Below, in pieces: positions 49,499 through 58,048 of a DNA stretch of 58,048 nt; the stretch's first letter is position 1, and each line of letters begins with the position of its first letter. Source of the DNA: Thermovirgaceae bacterium (GTDB taxonomy: Bacteria > Synergistota > Synergistia > Synergistales > Thermovirgaceae); the NCBI GenBank assembly GCA_040767805.1, contig JAXGNU010000010.1:1-58048 (forward strand), written 5' to 3'. The position numbers and the translations under genes were made by a program. The notes below the pieces were generated by a model. It saw only the letters and a program-made list of their open reading frames with translations. It ran no database searches and was not told where the DNA came from.

Positions 49499-50155
49499 AT
49501 GATCCCGGGAGGTTCCAACTTGAGAGTACTTTTTTACTGGATCGTAGCCTTTTTTTTCAGGATAGTGATGAAAATCTATAACAGGGTAACGGTGAGAGGT
49601 CTCGATAGGGCGTTGACCGCCGCCCCTCCGGTCATCATTGCGGCGAACCACTGCAGTAACCTGGATCCCATCGTGGTAGGGGCTTTTTTCCCGAGGAGAC
49701 TCAGGTACTTGGCAAAATCGGAACTATTCCGCTTCCTGCCCCTGGGTTTTGCCATCAAGGCCTTGGGAGCTGTACCAGCCAACAGGGAGGACCTGCAGGG
49801 TTCCGCGGGGGCCGTGAAGTTCCTGATCGAAAGGCTCCAGGCCGGAGAAAATATACTCCTCTTTCCTGAAGGTCAGAGGAGTGCGGACGGAAGTCTCCAG
49901 CCCCTGGAACAGGGAGTGGGGCTCCTTGCCGCAAGGACCGGTGCCCCCGTGATCCCCGCCTATATACATGGGACCTTCGAGGCGATGCCTCGTGGTTCCC
50001 GGACCTGCAAACCCGTAAAGATCTTCCTCTCCTTTGGAGAGCCCCTCTACCCGGCAACGCTGGGTTCGAAGGAGGTTTCCACAAAGGACCTGAGGAGGGT
50101 CGTCACCGACCTCCTGGAAGCTTCCCTCAAGGAACTGGAGGCGGTTTATCGTTGA
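49499..50155 (+). CDS. plsC: 1-acyl-sn-glycerol-3-phosphate acyltransferase
   Basis: NHCSNLD and FPEGQRS motifs. Confidence 0.9.
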   Translation: MIPGGSNLRVLFYWIVAFFFRIVMKIYNRVTVRGLDRALTAAPPVIIAANHCSNLDPIVVGAFFPRRLRYLAKSELFRFLPLGFAIKALGAVPANREDLQGSAGAVKFLIERLQAGENILLFPEGQRSADGSLQPLEQGVGLLAARTGAPVIPAYIHGTFEAMPRGSRTCKPVKIFLSFGEPLYPATLGSKEVSTKDLRRVVTDLLEASLKELEAVYR

Positions 50156-51273
50156 TCGAACTCCAGCGATCACCTTTCCAAAAAGCATTCCTTGTCGGCC
50201 TGGATATGGGCGGCAAGGAAGGCGGCCTCGGCACCCTGGAAGAAATGGCCCTTCTCCTGGAAAACCTCGGGATAACCTGCGCGGGCAAAACCATCCAGCG
50301 TCGTTCAGAGCCGGATCCCGGTTACTTCGTGGGGCCAGGCAAGGCGGAATTGATCGGAACCGAGGCCAAGGACCTCCAAGCGGGGCTCGTTGTCGTGGAC
50401 GGGATCCTCTCTCCCGGCCAGGCGGGAGCCCTGGCCCGAGTGGTGGGGCTCCCCGTCTGGGACAGACCCTTGGTCATCATGAAAATCTTTGAGGATAGGG
50501 CCCAGACGGAAGAGGCAAAACTGCAGGTAGAACTGGCCCGATGTCGATACGAGATACCCTTGCTTAAAGGTTTGGGGCTCCAGATGTCCCGGCCCGGGGG
50601 TGGAATAGGGACCAGGGGTCCGGGCGAAACGGAGTTTGAAAGGCACAGGAGAAAACTGGCAAGAAGGATCCGTGAGATAAACAAAAAGATCGAGTCCATA
50701 AGGGACAGGAGGGAGAGCCAGCGGAAACGAAGGACGAGGGCAGGTCTCGCCACGGTCGCTCTCGCGGGTTACACGAACAGCGGCAAGTCAACGCTCCTCA
50801 GGAGGCTTTCGGGAGACCGAGACCTTCAAGTCGCCGACAAGCTTTTTTCAACCCTCGACCCTTTCGTTCGAAGGGTTAGGCTCGCTGAGGGCAATCCCGT
50901 CCTTTTCACCGACACCGTCGGTTTCATAAGAAACCTGCCCCCCGTGCTGGTGACAGCCTTTCGTGCCACCCTGGAAGAGATCACGGCGGCGGACCTTATC
51001 GTCCTCTTGGCGGACGCCACCTCCGGGAGGTTCGAGGAGGACCTGGCCGTGGTGGAGGAGACGCTGGCCTCCATAGGGGCAGGGACCGTACCAAGGATAA
51101 TAGCAATAAACAAGACGGATAGGGTTGACACCGACACGATAACGAGCCTCAGGACCCTGGCCGGGCGGTCGGGTGACAGGGTCGTTACCATCAGCGCCCT
51201 TACGGGCGACAACATCCCGGAATTCCTCGATGTCGTGGGGGAGATGCTTTTTTCGGATGGAAAGGAGGAGTGA
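50152..51273 (+). CDS. hflX: GTPase HflX
   Basis: GTRGPGET, GYTNSGKST, DTVGF and NKTD motifs. Confidence 0.95.
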   Translation: MIELQRSPFQKAFLVGLDMGGKEGGLGTLEEMALLLENLGITCAGKTIQRRSEPDPGYFVGPGKAELIGTEAKDLQAGLVVVDGILSPGQAGALARVVGLPVWDRPLVIMKIFEDRAQTEEAKLQVELARCRYEIPLLKGLGLQMSRPGGGIGTRGPGETEFERHRRKLARRIREINKKIESIRDRRESQRKRRTRAGLATVALAGYTNSGKSTLLRRLSGDRDLQVADKLFSTLDPFVRRVRLAEGNPVLFTDTVGFIRNLPPVLVTAFRATLEEITAADLIVLLADATSGRFEEDLAVVEETLASIGAGTVPRIIAINKTDRVDTDTITSLRTLAGRSGDRVVTISALTGDNIPEFLDVVGEMLFSDGKEE

Positions 51274-51281
51274 GGGGATCG

Positions 51282-52166
51282 ATGAAAAGCATGACCGGTT
51301 TCAGCAGGGTGGAGGAGAAGGGAGACCTTTGTTCGACCACCCTGGAGATATCGAGCTTGAATCACAGGAACCAGGAGATAACCGTGAGGCTGCCAAGAGA
51401 ATTGTCCCACCTGGAGCCCCTGGTCCAGCAGAGTATGAGGGCCTCCTCAAGGAGGGGCAAAATACAGGTGAGGATTGACATCACCTGGGACCCTGCCGCC
51501 AACTCCTCGAGAATAGAACCCGAGATACTGAAAGGCTACGTTAAAGAACTGGACCGTATAAGGCAGGAACTGGGGATGAAGGGAGAGTTGGACCTGGGGT
51601 CCCTTCTGTCACTCCCCGGCGTACTGTCCGCCCGGGAGATGGTTACCCCCGAACTTGAGGATATTCTCGGCGAGGCCGTGAGGAACGTGCTGGAAAAAGG
51701 TATCAAGGAATGGGATTCCATGAGGATGAAGGAAGGGAGTCATCTCAAGGAAGCGATCCTTCATTCGCTGGAGAGGTACCAGGAGACGGTCAGGGTGATC
51801 AGGGAAAAGTGGAGCCTTTCCCGTGACAGGGCTCTTGAGGCCCAGAAAGAGAGGGTCAGGCAGATCCTTGAAATCAACGGGGCCGTTGTTGATGAGAACC
51901 GTGTAGCCCAGGAGATAGTTCTCGCCGCCGACAAGTGGGATATAACGGAGGAACTTGCCAGGTCTTCAAGCCACGTAGATAAATTCCTCGGCTTGGTCCA
52001 TAATGATGAAGTCTCCGGGAAAACCCTCGATTTTCTGCTCCAGGAGATGAACCGGGAGGTCAATACGATCGCCTCCAAGGTCCAGGATTCGGAAGTGAGA
52101 TGGCTGGTCGTCGAAGCCAAGGGCTTCCTGGAAAGGATCAGGGAACTGGTCCAGAACGTGGAGTGA
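51282..52166 (+). CDS. yicC: YicC/YloC family endoribonuclease
   Basis: KSMTGF, DITEE and [18 protein letters not shown]...VQNVE motifs. Confidence 0.93.
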   Translation: MKSMTGFSRVEEKGDLCSTTLEISSLNHRNQEITVRLPRELSHLEPLVQQSMRASSRRGKIQVRIDITWDPAANSSRIEPEILKGYVKELDRIRQELGMKGELDLGSLLSLPGVLSAREMVTPELEDILGEAVRNVLEKGIKEWDSMRMKEGSHLKEAILHSLERYQETVRVIREKWSLSRDRALEAQKERVRQILEINGAVVDENRVAQEIVLAADKWDITEELARSSSHVDKFLGLVHNDEVSGKTLDFLLQEMNREVNTIASKVQDSEVRWLVVEAKGFLERIRELVQNVE

Positions 52167-52171
52167 GGGCC

Positions 52172-52438
52172 ATGGGCTATAACCTTTTGCACATTGGTTT
52201 CGGTAACATGCTAGTAGTCGAGAGGGTCGTGGCCATCGTCCATCCCTCGTCGGCACCCATCAAGCGTCTGAAGGACGAGGCGAGAAGCCAGGGCAAGCTT
52301 ATCGATGCCACTGAGGGACGGAAGACCAGGGCCATCCTGATCACCGACAGCGATCACGTGGTCCTGTCGGCGATCCAGCCTGAGACCATCGTCGTCAGGT
52401 TCGAAGGAAAGGAAAAGGAGGGTGACCCCGATCGCTAA
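52172..52438 (+). CDS. remA: RemA (DUF370) family protein
   Basis: [22 protein letters not shown] and LSAIQPET motifs; yicC-remA-gmk synteny. Confidence 0.9.
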   Translation: MGYNLLHIGFGNMLVVERVVAIVHPSSAPIKRLKDEARSQGKLIDATEGRKTRAILITDSDHVVLSAIQPETIVVRFEGKEKEGDPDR

Positions 52439-52994
52439 GGGACGGCTTTTCGTGATCTCGGGGCCGAGCGGTGTAGGGAAGGGCACCCTCAGGAAAGCTC
52501 TTTTCAAGGCGGTGAAGGGGCTGGAGTACTCCGTCTCCTGCACTACCAGGGAGCCAAGGAACAGGGAGATCGACGGGGTGGACTATCAATTCATCGACCT
52601 CAAGCACTTCAAGGATCTCGTCAAGGAGGGACGCTTCCTGGAGTGGGCCGAAGTACACGGGAACCTCTACGGTACCCTGAAGGAAAACGTGGAAAGAATC
52701 CTGGAGAGCGGCCGTGACGCCGTCCTGGAAATCGATGTCCAGGGGGCGCTCCAGGTCAAGGAGTCGGAGCCGGAGGCGGTGCTGATCTTTATACTCCCCC
52801 CATCGGAGGAAGAACTCAGAAGTAGGCTAAAAAGGAGGGGGACCGAGAAAGAGGAAGACCTGAAGAATCGTATGAGCGGGTCCAAGGACGAGATGCTCCT
52901 CTCGGCAAGATACGACCACCTGGTTGTCAATGACGATCTCGGTAGGGCCCTTGAATCATTGAGGGGAATAATAGAGGGCTACCGAGACCCCTAA
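52422..52994 (+). CDS. gmk: Guanylate kinase
   Basis: [20 protein letters not shown] and EIDVQG motifs. Confidence 0.96.
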   Translation: MTPIAKGRLFVISGPSGVGKGTLRKALFKAVKGLEYSVSCTTREPRNREIDGVDYQFIDLKHFKDLVKEGRFLEWAEVHGNLYGTLKENVERILESGRDAVLEIDVQGALQVKESEPEAVLIFILPPSEEELRSRLKRRGTEKEEDLKNRMSGSKDEMLLSARYDHLVVNDDLGRALESLRGIIEGYRDP

Positions 52995-53028
52995 CGATCC
53001 CCAAACCCTTTCCGTGAGGTGATAACCC

Positions 53029-53298
53029 GTGACGAAAAAAATCGACAGGGCAAATGACCCGTCCATATTGTCCAACAAGTACCTTTTGGCCTGTATCATC
53101 GCGAAAAGGGCAAGGCAACTAAGCGAAAAGAAGGGGCGCCTGAACCTGGAAGAGGGGGACCTGTATTTTAACCCCATCCAGCAGGCGGTAAGGGAGATCG
53201 AGGAGGGTAAGATCATCGTCGAGACCCCCGAAACGGGCCTCGCGGCCACTCCTGAAGGAGACGATAAGGATGTCCCTGGGGTGGAAAAAGGATCGTAG
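53029..53298 (+). CDS. rpoZ: RNA polymerase omega subunit
   Basis: NKYLL..IAKRARQL and AVREIEEG motifs; gmk-rpoZ-coaBC synteny. Confidence 0.88.
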   Translation: MTKKIDRANDPSILSNKYLLACIIAKRARQLSEKKGRLNLEEGDLYFNPIQQAVREIEEGKIIVETPETGLAATPEGDDKDVPGVEKGS

Positions 53299-54496
53299 GC
53301 TTCTCCTCGGGGTCTGCGGCGGGATATCGGCCTACAAGACCCCCGAACTCGTCCGGGAGTTCAAGAAGCTCGGTTGGGAAGTGGAAACGATTCTCACGCC
53401 CGCAGCGGAGAGGTTCGTTTCGCCGCTGGTCATTTCGACCCTTTCGGGCAGGCGGGTTTGGCTTGAAGAGGACTTTCTCTCCCGCGAAGAGGGTTGGAAG
53501 ATCCCTCACATCAGCCTCGTGGAATGGGCGGACCTTACTCTGGTCGCCCCAGCGACGGCTTCCTTTCTCCACAAGGCGGCGTGGGGAGATGCCTCGGACA
53601 TCCTCTCGGCGTCCATCCTGGCGTCGAGAAAACCCGTTTTGGTCTTCCCGGCTATGAACGTTTTCATGTGGGAACATCGCGCCGTCAGGGAGAACGTTCT
53701 CCGCTGCAGGGACCTTGGGTACGAGGTTTTCGAACCGGAGGAAGGCTTCCTCGCTTGTGGATACGAGGGGAAGGGCCGGCTTCCCTCCCCAGGGGTCATA
53801 AGGGAAGAGGTTTTAAGGGCGCTGCAACCGACTAAAGACATGGAGGGGACCAGGGTTCTCATCACCTCGGGTCCGACAAAAGAGGCTATCGATCCTGTCA
53901 GGTTCATCAGCAACCACAGCTCCGGAAAGATGGGGGCTTCCCTGGCCAGGACCGCCTGGTACCGCGGAGCCGAAGTTACGGTGATCTCCGGGCCCGCCCA
54001 GGAACTTCCGCCTCACGGGTCGAGGGTCGTAAATGTTGTATCGGCCGAAGAGATGTACGAAGCCGTCATGTCGGAAGCGCCATCACAGGACATTATCATC
54101 ATGGCGGCGGCCGTGGGGGACTTCCGCCCCTCTTCATTCTCGAAGGACAAGATCAAGCGAAAAGGGGAACAATCCTTTTTTCTCGAGATGAAACAGAACA
54201 GGGATATAGCGGCGGCCCTTGGGGCGGCCAAAAAACCAGGGCAATTTCTCGTCGGTTTTGCGGCGGAGACCGACAACGCCATGGAGAATGCCCGCGAAAA
54301 ATTGGAGAAAAAGGGACTTGACCAGATAGTGGTCAACGAAGTCGGCGGCCCTGATGGAGCCTTTGGGTCCGATAGGAATAACGTCAGGATCCTCGATAGC
54401 GGGGGAGTGCTTGCGTCCTTCGAGGGCTCCAAGGATGAGGTGGCTGAAGCGATCTGGGACGCCGTGGCCCAGGGGTGCAAGGACAGCGGCCTGTGA
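53270..54496 (+). CDS. coaBC: Phosphopantothenoylcysteine decarboxylase/ligase
   Basis: GISAYK, PAMN, LACG, DPVRFISNHSSGKMG and GFAAET motifs. Confidence 0.96.
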   Translation: MSLGWKKDRRLLLGVCGGISAYKTPELVREFKKLGWEVETILTPAAERFVSPLVISTLSGRRVWLEEDFLSREEGWKIPHISLVEWADLTLVAPATASFLHKAAWGDASDILSASILASRKPVLVFPAMNVFMWEHRAVRENVLRCRDLGYEVFEPEEGFLACGYEGKGRLPSPGVIREEVLRALQPTKDMEGTRVLITSGPTKEAIDPVRFISNHSSGKMGASLARTAWYRGAEVTVISGPAQELPPHGSRVVNVVSAEEMYEAVMSEAPSQDIIIMAAAVGDFRPSSFSKDKIKRKGEQSFFLEMKQNRDIAAALGAAKKPGQFLVGFAAETDNAMENAREKLEKKGLDQIVVNEVGGPDGAFGSDRNNVRILDSGGVLASFEGSKDEVAEAIWDAVAQGCKDSGL

Positions 54497-56298
54497 CAGT
54501 GTTCCTGGAGGCGATAGTACCTGGACCATGGTGGCATCCCCTTACCTTTGAATCGGAAAGACCCGCTGAACGCGGCGCCAGGCTGTCCGTCTCCGTTGCT
54601 GGGAAGTCAAGGATCGGTTTCGCGACGGGGGCAACGTCGGATTCTCCCCCCCAAGGTAACTTCAAGATCCGGAAAGTGAAGGATATCATCGATTCCACCC
54701 CCCCGCTGGGTTGGGAACTTTTTGAGACCGCCCTCCGAGTGGGCCGGCATTTCCTTTGCGGCCCCGGCGAAGCTCTCAAGGTCATCGCTCCGGCGCACAT
54801 CCTATCGGGAGTGCCCCAGGGGGAACTGCCGAAGATGGCCGCGCCTGGTTCGGCCCTCAGTGAGACCCATTGCTTCCTCCCCTTCTTGGGAGACAGGGTG
54901 GAGGAGTACCGGCGCCTTCTTCTTTCCCAAAAGGGCGGGTCTCTTGTCCTTTTCCCAGATAGGGAAGGAGCTTCCTCCTTTTGGAAAGGGCTTCCAGAGG
55001 AATTAAAGAAGGACGGGGTTTTGTGGACCTCGAACTCGGGTCCCGGCGCCAGGAAGAGGTGGGATCGGGTCAGGATGGGGGACTTTCGCCTCGTAGTGGG
55101 GTCTCCTTCCGCCGTCTTCGCTCCCTTGGTCTCCCTGCAGACGGTCATTATCGAGGATGAGGGCAGTCCCTCTTATTATTCGGAAAGATTCCCCTTCTTC
55201 AATGCCCGGAGCGTAGCCGGTTCCAGGGCCCGCCTCTGGAAGGGGGCCGTCGTCTACGGCGGGAGCATTCCATCGGCCCGGAGCTACCTGAAGGGCCTTT
55301 CCCAACCTGACCCGCCCCAGTCGGAGAAGTACCTGTTCATCTCGATGAGGGATGCCAGGAATATGGCCGTTACCGGCGTGAAGGACCCCTTGCCTGTCAG
55401 CGACGCGATACTGAACCGCACCTTGGAGGTTGTGCGCGACAAGGGGACAACGATTTGGGTGCTGGACAGGAAGGGTTATTCCAGCGGCGTCGCCTGCGGT
55501 GAATGCGGGAGGCCCCTGACCTGCGGGAGTTGCGGTCTCCCGCTGCGTTGGGACGACGATCGAGGGATATTCCGCTGTGGCTTTTGCGGCGAAGAAAAGC
55601 CCGTCACGGACCTCTGTCCTTTTTGCGGAAGGCGTTCCCTGCAGGGATCCAGGCCGGGCCTGGAAGGGGCGAAGATCGTAGCGGAAACCATGCTGGGCGG
55701 GGACCTCCCTGTTCACCTGTGGCACGCCGACGTACCCCGTGCCGCCTCCTCCAGGAAAAGGATGGTCGAGGACTTGGCGGGTGGGGGGATAGTGGTAGGG
55801 TCAAGGAAATCGTTGGAACTGTGCGATTACCTTTCCGTACCACTGGTATGCTGGCTCGATGCGGATTCTCTCGCGTCGGCCCCCTTTTTCGATTCCTCGG
55901 CGCGGGCCTTCAGGGCCGTTTGGGAATCGGCCTGGAGGGGGTGGGGCCACCCGGGAAGGAAGGTCCTCATCCAGAGCCGGCGACCGAGGACCGGCTGGCA
56001 GGTCGGCTTGGTGGCGGGGTGGGATCATTTTTGGTCAAAGGAGCTTGAAGAAAGAAAAAAACTGGACCTGCCCCCCTGGAAGTACCTTGTTCAGATCACC
56101 AACCTCGCCGGGAACAAGGAAAGGATCAAGGCCGTTCTGTTGGAGAAGGGCTATGAAACCCTCGACCCCGGCGGGCCGGTGGACATGGTCTGGCTCAAGT
56201 GCGGCGAATTGGATGGATTAAGGGGAACACTGGCACCCTTTTTCCAGATATCGGGTTCTCCCAGGGGGTTTCCCAGGATATCCCTCCGGTCTGAATAG
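54493..56298 (+). CDS. priA: Primosomal protein N' (PriA) with degenerate helicase motifs
   Basis: coaBC-priA synteny; RKGYS followed by four CxxC; GSPSAVFAP; no recognisable Walker A. Confidence 0.8.
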   Translation: MTVFLEAIVPGPWWHPLTFESERPAERGARLSVSVAGKSRIGFATGATSDSPPQGNFKIRKVKDIIDSTPPLGWELFETALRVGRHFLCGPGEALKVIAPAHILSGVPQGELPKMAAPGSALSETHCFLPFLGDRVEEYRRLLLSQKGGSLVLFPDREGASSFWKGLPEELKKDGVLWTSNSGPGARKRWDRVRMGDFRLVVGSPSAVFAPLVSLQTVIIEDEGSPSYYSERFPFFNARSVAGSRARLWKGAVVYGGSIPSARSYLKGLSQPDPPQSEKYLFISMRDARNMAVTGVKDPLPVSDAILNRTLEVVRDKGTTIWVLDRKGYSSGVACGECGRPLTCGSCGLPLRWDDDRGIFRCGFCGEEKPVTDLCPFCGRRSLQGSRPGLEGAKIVAETMLGGDLPVHLWHADVPRAASSRKRMVEDLAGGGIVVGSRKSLELCDYLSVPLVCWLDADSLASAPFFDSSARAFRAVWESAWRGWGHPGRKVLIQSRRPRTGWQVGLVAGWDHFWSKELEERKKLDLPPWKYLVQITNLAGNKERIKAVLLEKGYETLDPGGPVDMVWLKCGELDGLRGTLAPFFQISGSPRGFPRISLRSE

Positions 56299-56324
56299 AG
56301 GACTAGGAAAGGAAGAGATCGTTC

Positions 56325-57653
56325 ATGGCTATCGTGGCCATCGTCGGGAGGCCCAACGTGGGTAAGTCATCCCTCTTCAACCGCATCGTCGGCAAGAGAA
56401 AGGCCATCGTCGACGATCAGCCCGGCGTGACCCGGGACAGGATCTATGGTGAGGCTGAACACGCAGGAGAGATGTTCCTACTGGTCGACACGGGAGGGCT
56501 TCTTCCCGAAGGGGGGGACCCCATGTCGGAGAGCATTAAGAAACAGGTTTTACTGGCCGTCCAGGAGAGCGACCTCCTGGTGCTCGTCATCGACGGCAAG
56601 GCCGGGTTGACGACGCTCGACAGGGAAGTAGCCCTCTTCCTGAGGAAAAAAGACAAACCCGTCATCGTCGCCGTGAACAAGATCGACGACCTCGTGCATG
56701 AGGGGAGGGAAGCCGAGGGATATGCCCTGGGGTTTCCCGACGTGATCGGGGTCAGCGCAGCTCACAACCGTAATATCGAAGAACTATTGGACCGGATCAG
56801 GGACCTGATCCTTGTAAGGAGTCGCCCCGGACCCGAAGAACAACCCGGGGGTGAGATATCGGTGGCCATAGTGGGTCGGCCCAACGTTGGGAAATCGACG
56901 CTCCTCAACCACCTTTCGGGTTCTGAAAGGTCGCTGGTGACCCCCGTGCCCGGAACGACGAGGGATTCGGTGGACTCCCAGGTCATTATCGGCGGTAAAC
57001 CTTTCCGCTTCATTGATACGGCCGGCCTGAGAAAAAAAAGCAGGATGGACTCCGATGTGGAATTTTACTCCCTGGTCAGGACCCATGAAAGCATCAGCAG
57101 GGCGGATGTGGTCGTCCTGCTGATGGAAGGAACCCAGGTTTGTACCGACCAGGATAAGAAGATCAGTGGGCTCGTGGTCGATAAGGGCAAGGGCCTGATC
57201 CTCGCGGTCAACAAGTGGGACCTGCTCGAGAAAGACCCTGGGCTGGGGGACAGGATCACCCGTCAGGTCAGGGAGGAGATGTCCTTCGTCGACTTCGCCC
57301 CCCTGGTATTCATCTCAGGCCTGACGGGCAGGGGGCTACACAAATTGCCCGAAAAGATAGCCATGGTCCAGACCAATCGCTCCCGGTGGCTGGATGTCTC
57401 AAAGACGACAACCCTTGTCAGGGATGTACTGGCCTTTGAAAGGATGCCCAGCGATCCCCGGGGCAGGACCTTGTATATTAGGGACTGCCGGCAGGTAGCG
57501 GTGAATCCTCCGGCCTTTGCCTTCTCCGTTAACGACAGGGATATCGTCAGCCGTTCCTTTGAGAGGACCGCGGTCAGGAAGATCAGGGAAATGGGAAATT
57601 TTGAAGGCAGTCCCATCAAGGTCTTCTGGAGGTCGATGAGAAGGGGGAATTGA
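56325..57653 (+). CDS. der: Ribosome biogenesis GTPase Der (EngA)
   Basis: Two GRPNVGKS G-domains; DTGG, DTAG and NKWD motifs. Confidence 0.96.
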   Translation: MAIVAIVGRPNVGKSSLFNRIVGKRKAIVDDQPGVTRDRIYGEAEHAGEMFLLVDTGGLLPEGGDPMSESIKKQVLLAVQESDLLVLVIDGKAGLTTLDREVALFLRKKDKPVIVAVNKIDDLVHEGREAEGYALGFPDVIGVSAAHNRNIEELLDRIRDLILVRSRPGPEEQPGGEISVAIVGRPNVGKSTLLNHLSGSERSLVTPVPGTTRDSVDSQVIIGGKPFRFIDTAGLRKKSRMDSDVEFYSLVRTHESISRADVVVLLMEGTQVCTDQDKKISGLVVDKGKGLILAVNKWDLLEKDPGLGDRITRQVREEMSFVDFAPLVFISGLTGRGLHKLPEKIAMVQTNRSRWLDVSKTTTLVRDVLAFERMPSDPRGRTLYIRDCRQVAVNPPAFAFSVNDRDIVSRSFERTAVRKIREMGNFEGSPIKVFWRSMRRGN

Positions 57654-57764
57654 TCTAAATTAGCACTTGACCGCTTCTTCGGCAGATGATATTAGTGTAC
57701 CTGGCTGTCAACGAGCGGATCGACGGCCTGATCGACAACCTGAAGAATTGGAGGTGCGGGCAAA

Positions 57765-58040
57765 GTGACTAAGGCGGACCTGATCAACGCAGTCGCGAAA
57801 TCTGTGGGCATCACCAAGAAACAGGCGCATGAGGCTGTGGGTTCCACGTTCGAGGCGATCGTCAAGGCTCTTTCCAAGGGAGAGAAAGTCCAATTGGTAG
57901 GCTTCGGGACTTTCGAGGTCAGGAAAAGAGCTCCCAGGAAAGGGAGAAACCCCCAGGATCCCACCAAGGTCATCAACATCCCGGGGAAAAAGGTCCCGGC
58001 CTTCCGCCCCGGCAAAGCACTGAAAGAAAAAGTCCGCTAA
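57765..58040 (+). CDS. hup: HU family DNA-binding protein
   Basis: TKADLI, GFGTFEV and RKGRNP motifs. Confidence 0.95.
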   Translation: MTKADLINAVAKSVGITKKQAHEAVGSTFEAIVKALSKGEKVQLVGFGTFEVRKRAPRKGRNPQDPTKVINIPGKKVPAFRPGKALKEKVR

Positions 58041-58048
58041 TCCTTCCA

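Overview
This is a GC-rich bacterial chromosomal window from an anaerobic amino-acid fermenter. A Synergistota-like origin is my inference from gene content and synteny, not something I could verify. Most of the window is housekeeping: hypAB-pcrA-coaE-cca-M50 protease-surE, argG behind an Arg (AGA) T-box, tupABC behind a Moco/Tuco riboswitch with a visible terminator/antiterminator, a block of amino-acid and redox genes, a pur operon (purL-F-M-N-H-D-E), lepA-hemW-selA-selB, veg-ispE-purR-fdx-tRNA(CAT), and a long run from nif3/trpS/scpAB to priA-der-hup. The most interesting signal is in the pur operon. Both glutamine-dependent steps appear to lack glutaminase capacity: PurF starts MAGVFG without the catalytic Cys1, and the small PurL has no purQ or purS in the operon. 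This suggests an ammonia-fed de novo purine pathway, sitting behind an unassigned structured leader. Other candidates are a NiCo-like four-way-junction leader before hypA, an unannotated promoter plus small ORF or structured RNA near 11.6 kb, and a helicase-dead PriA. purH, the formate/nitrite transporter, mobA and an IS transposase carry many indels, which may be long-read consensus errors rather than true decay.
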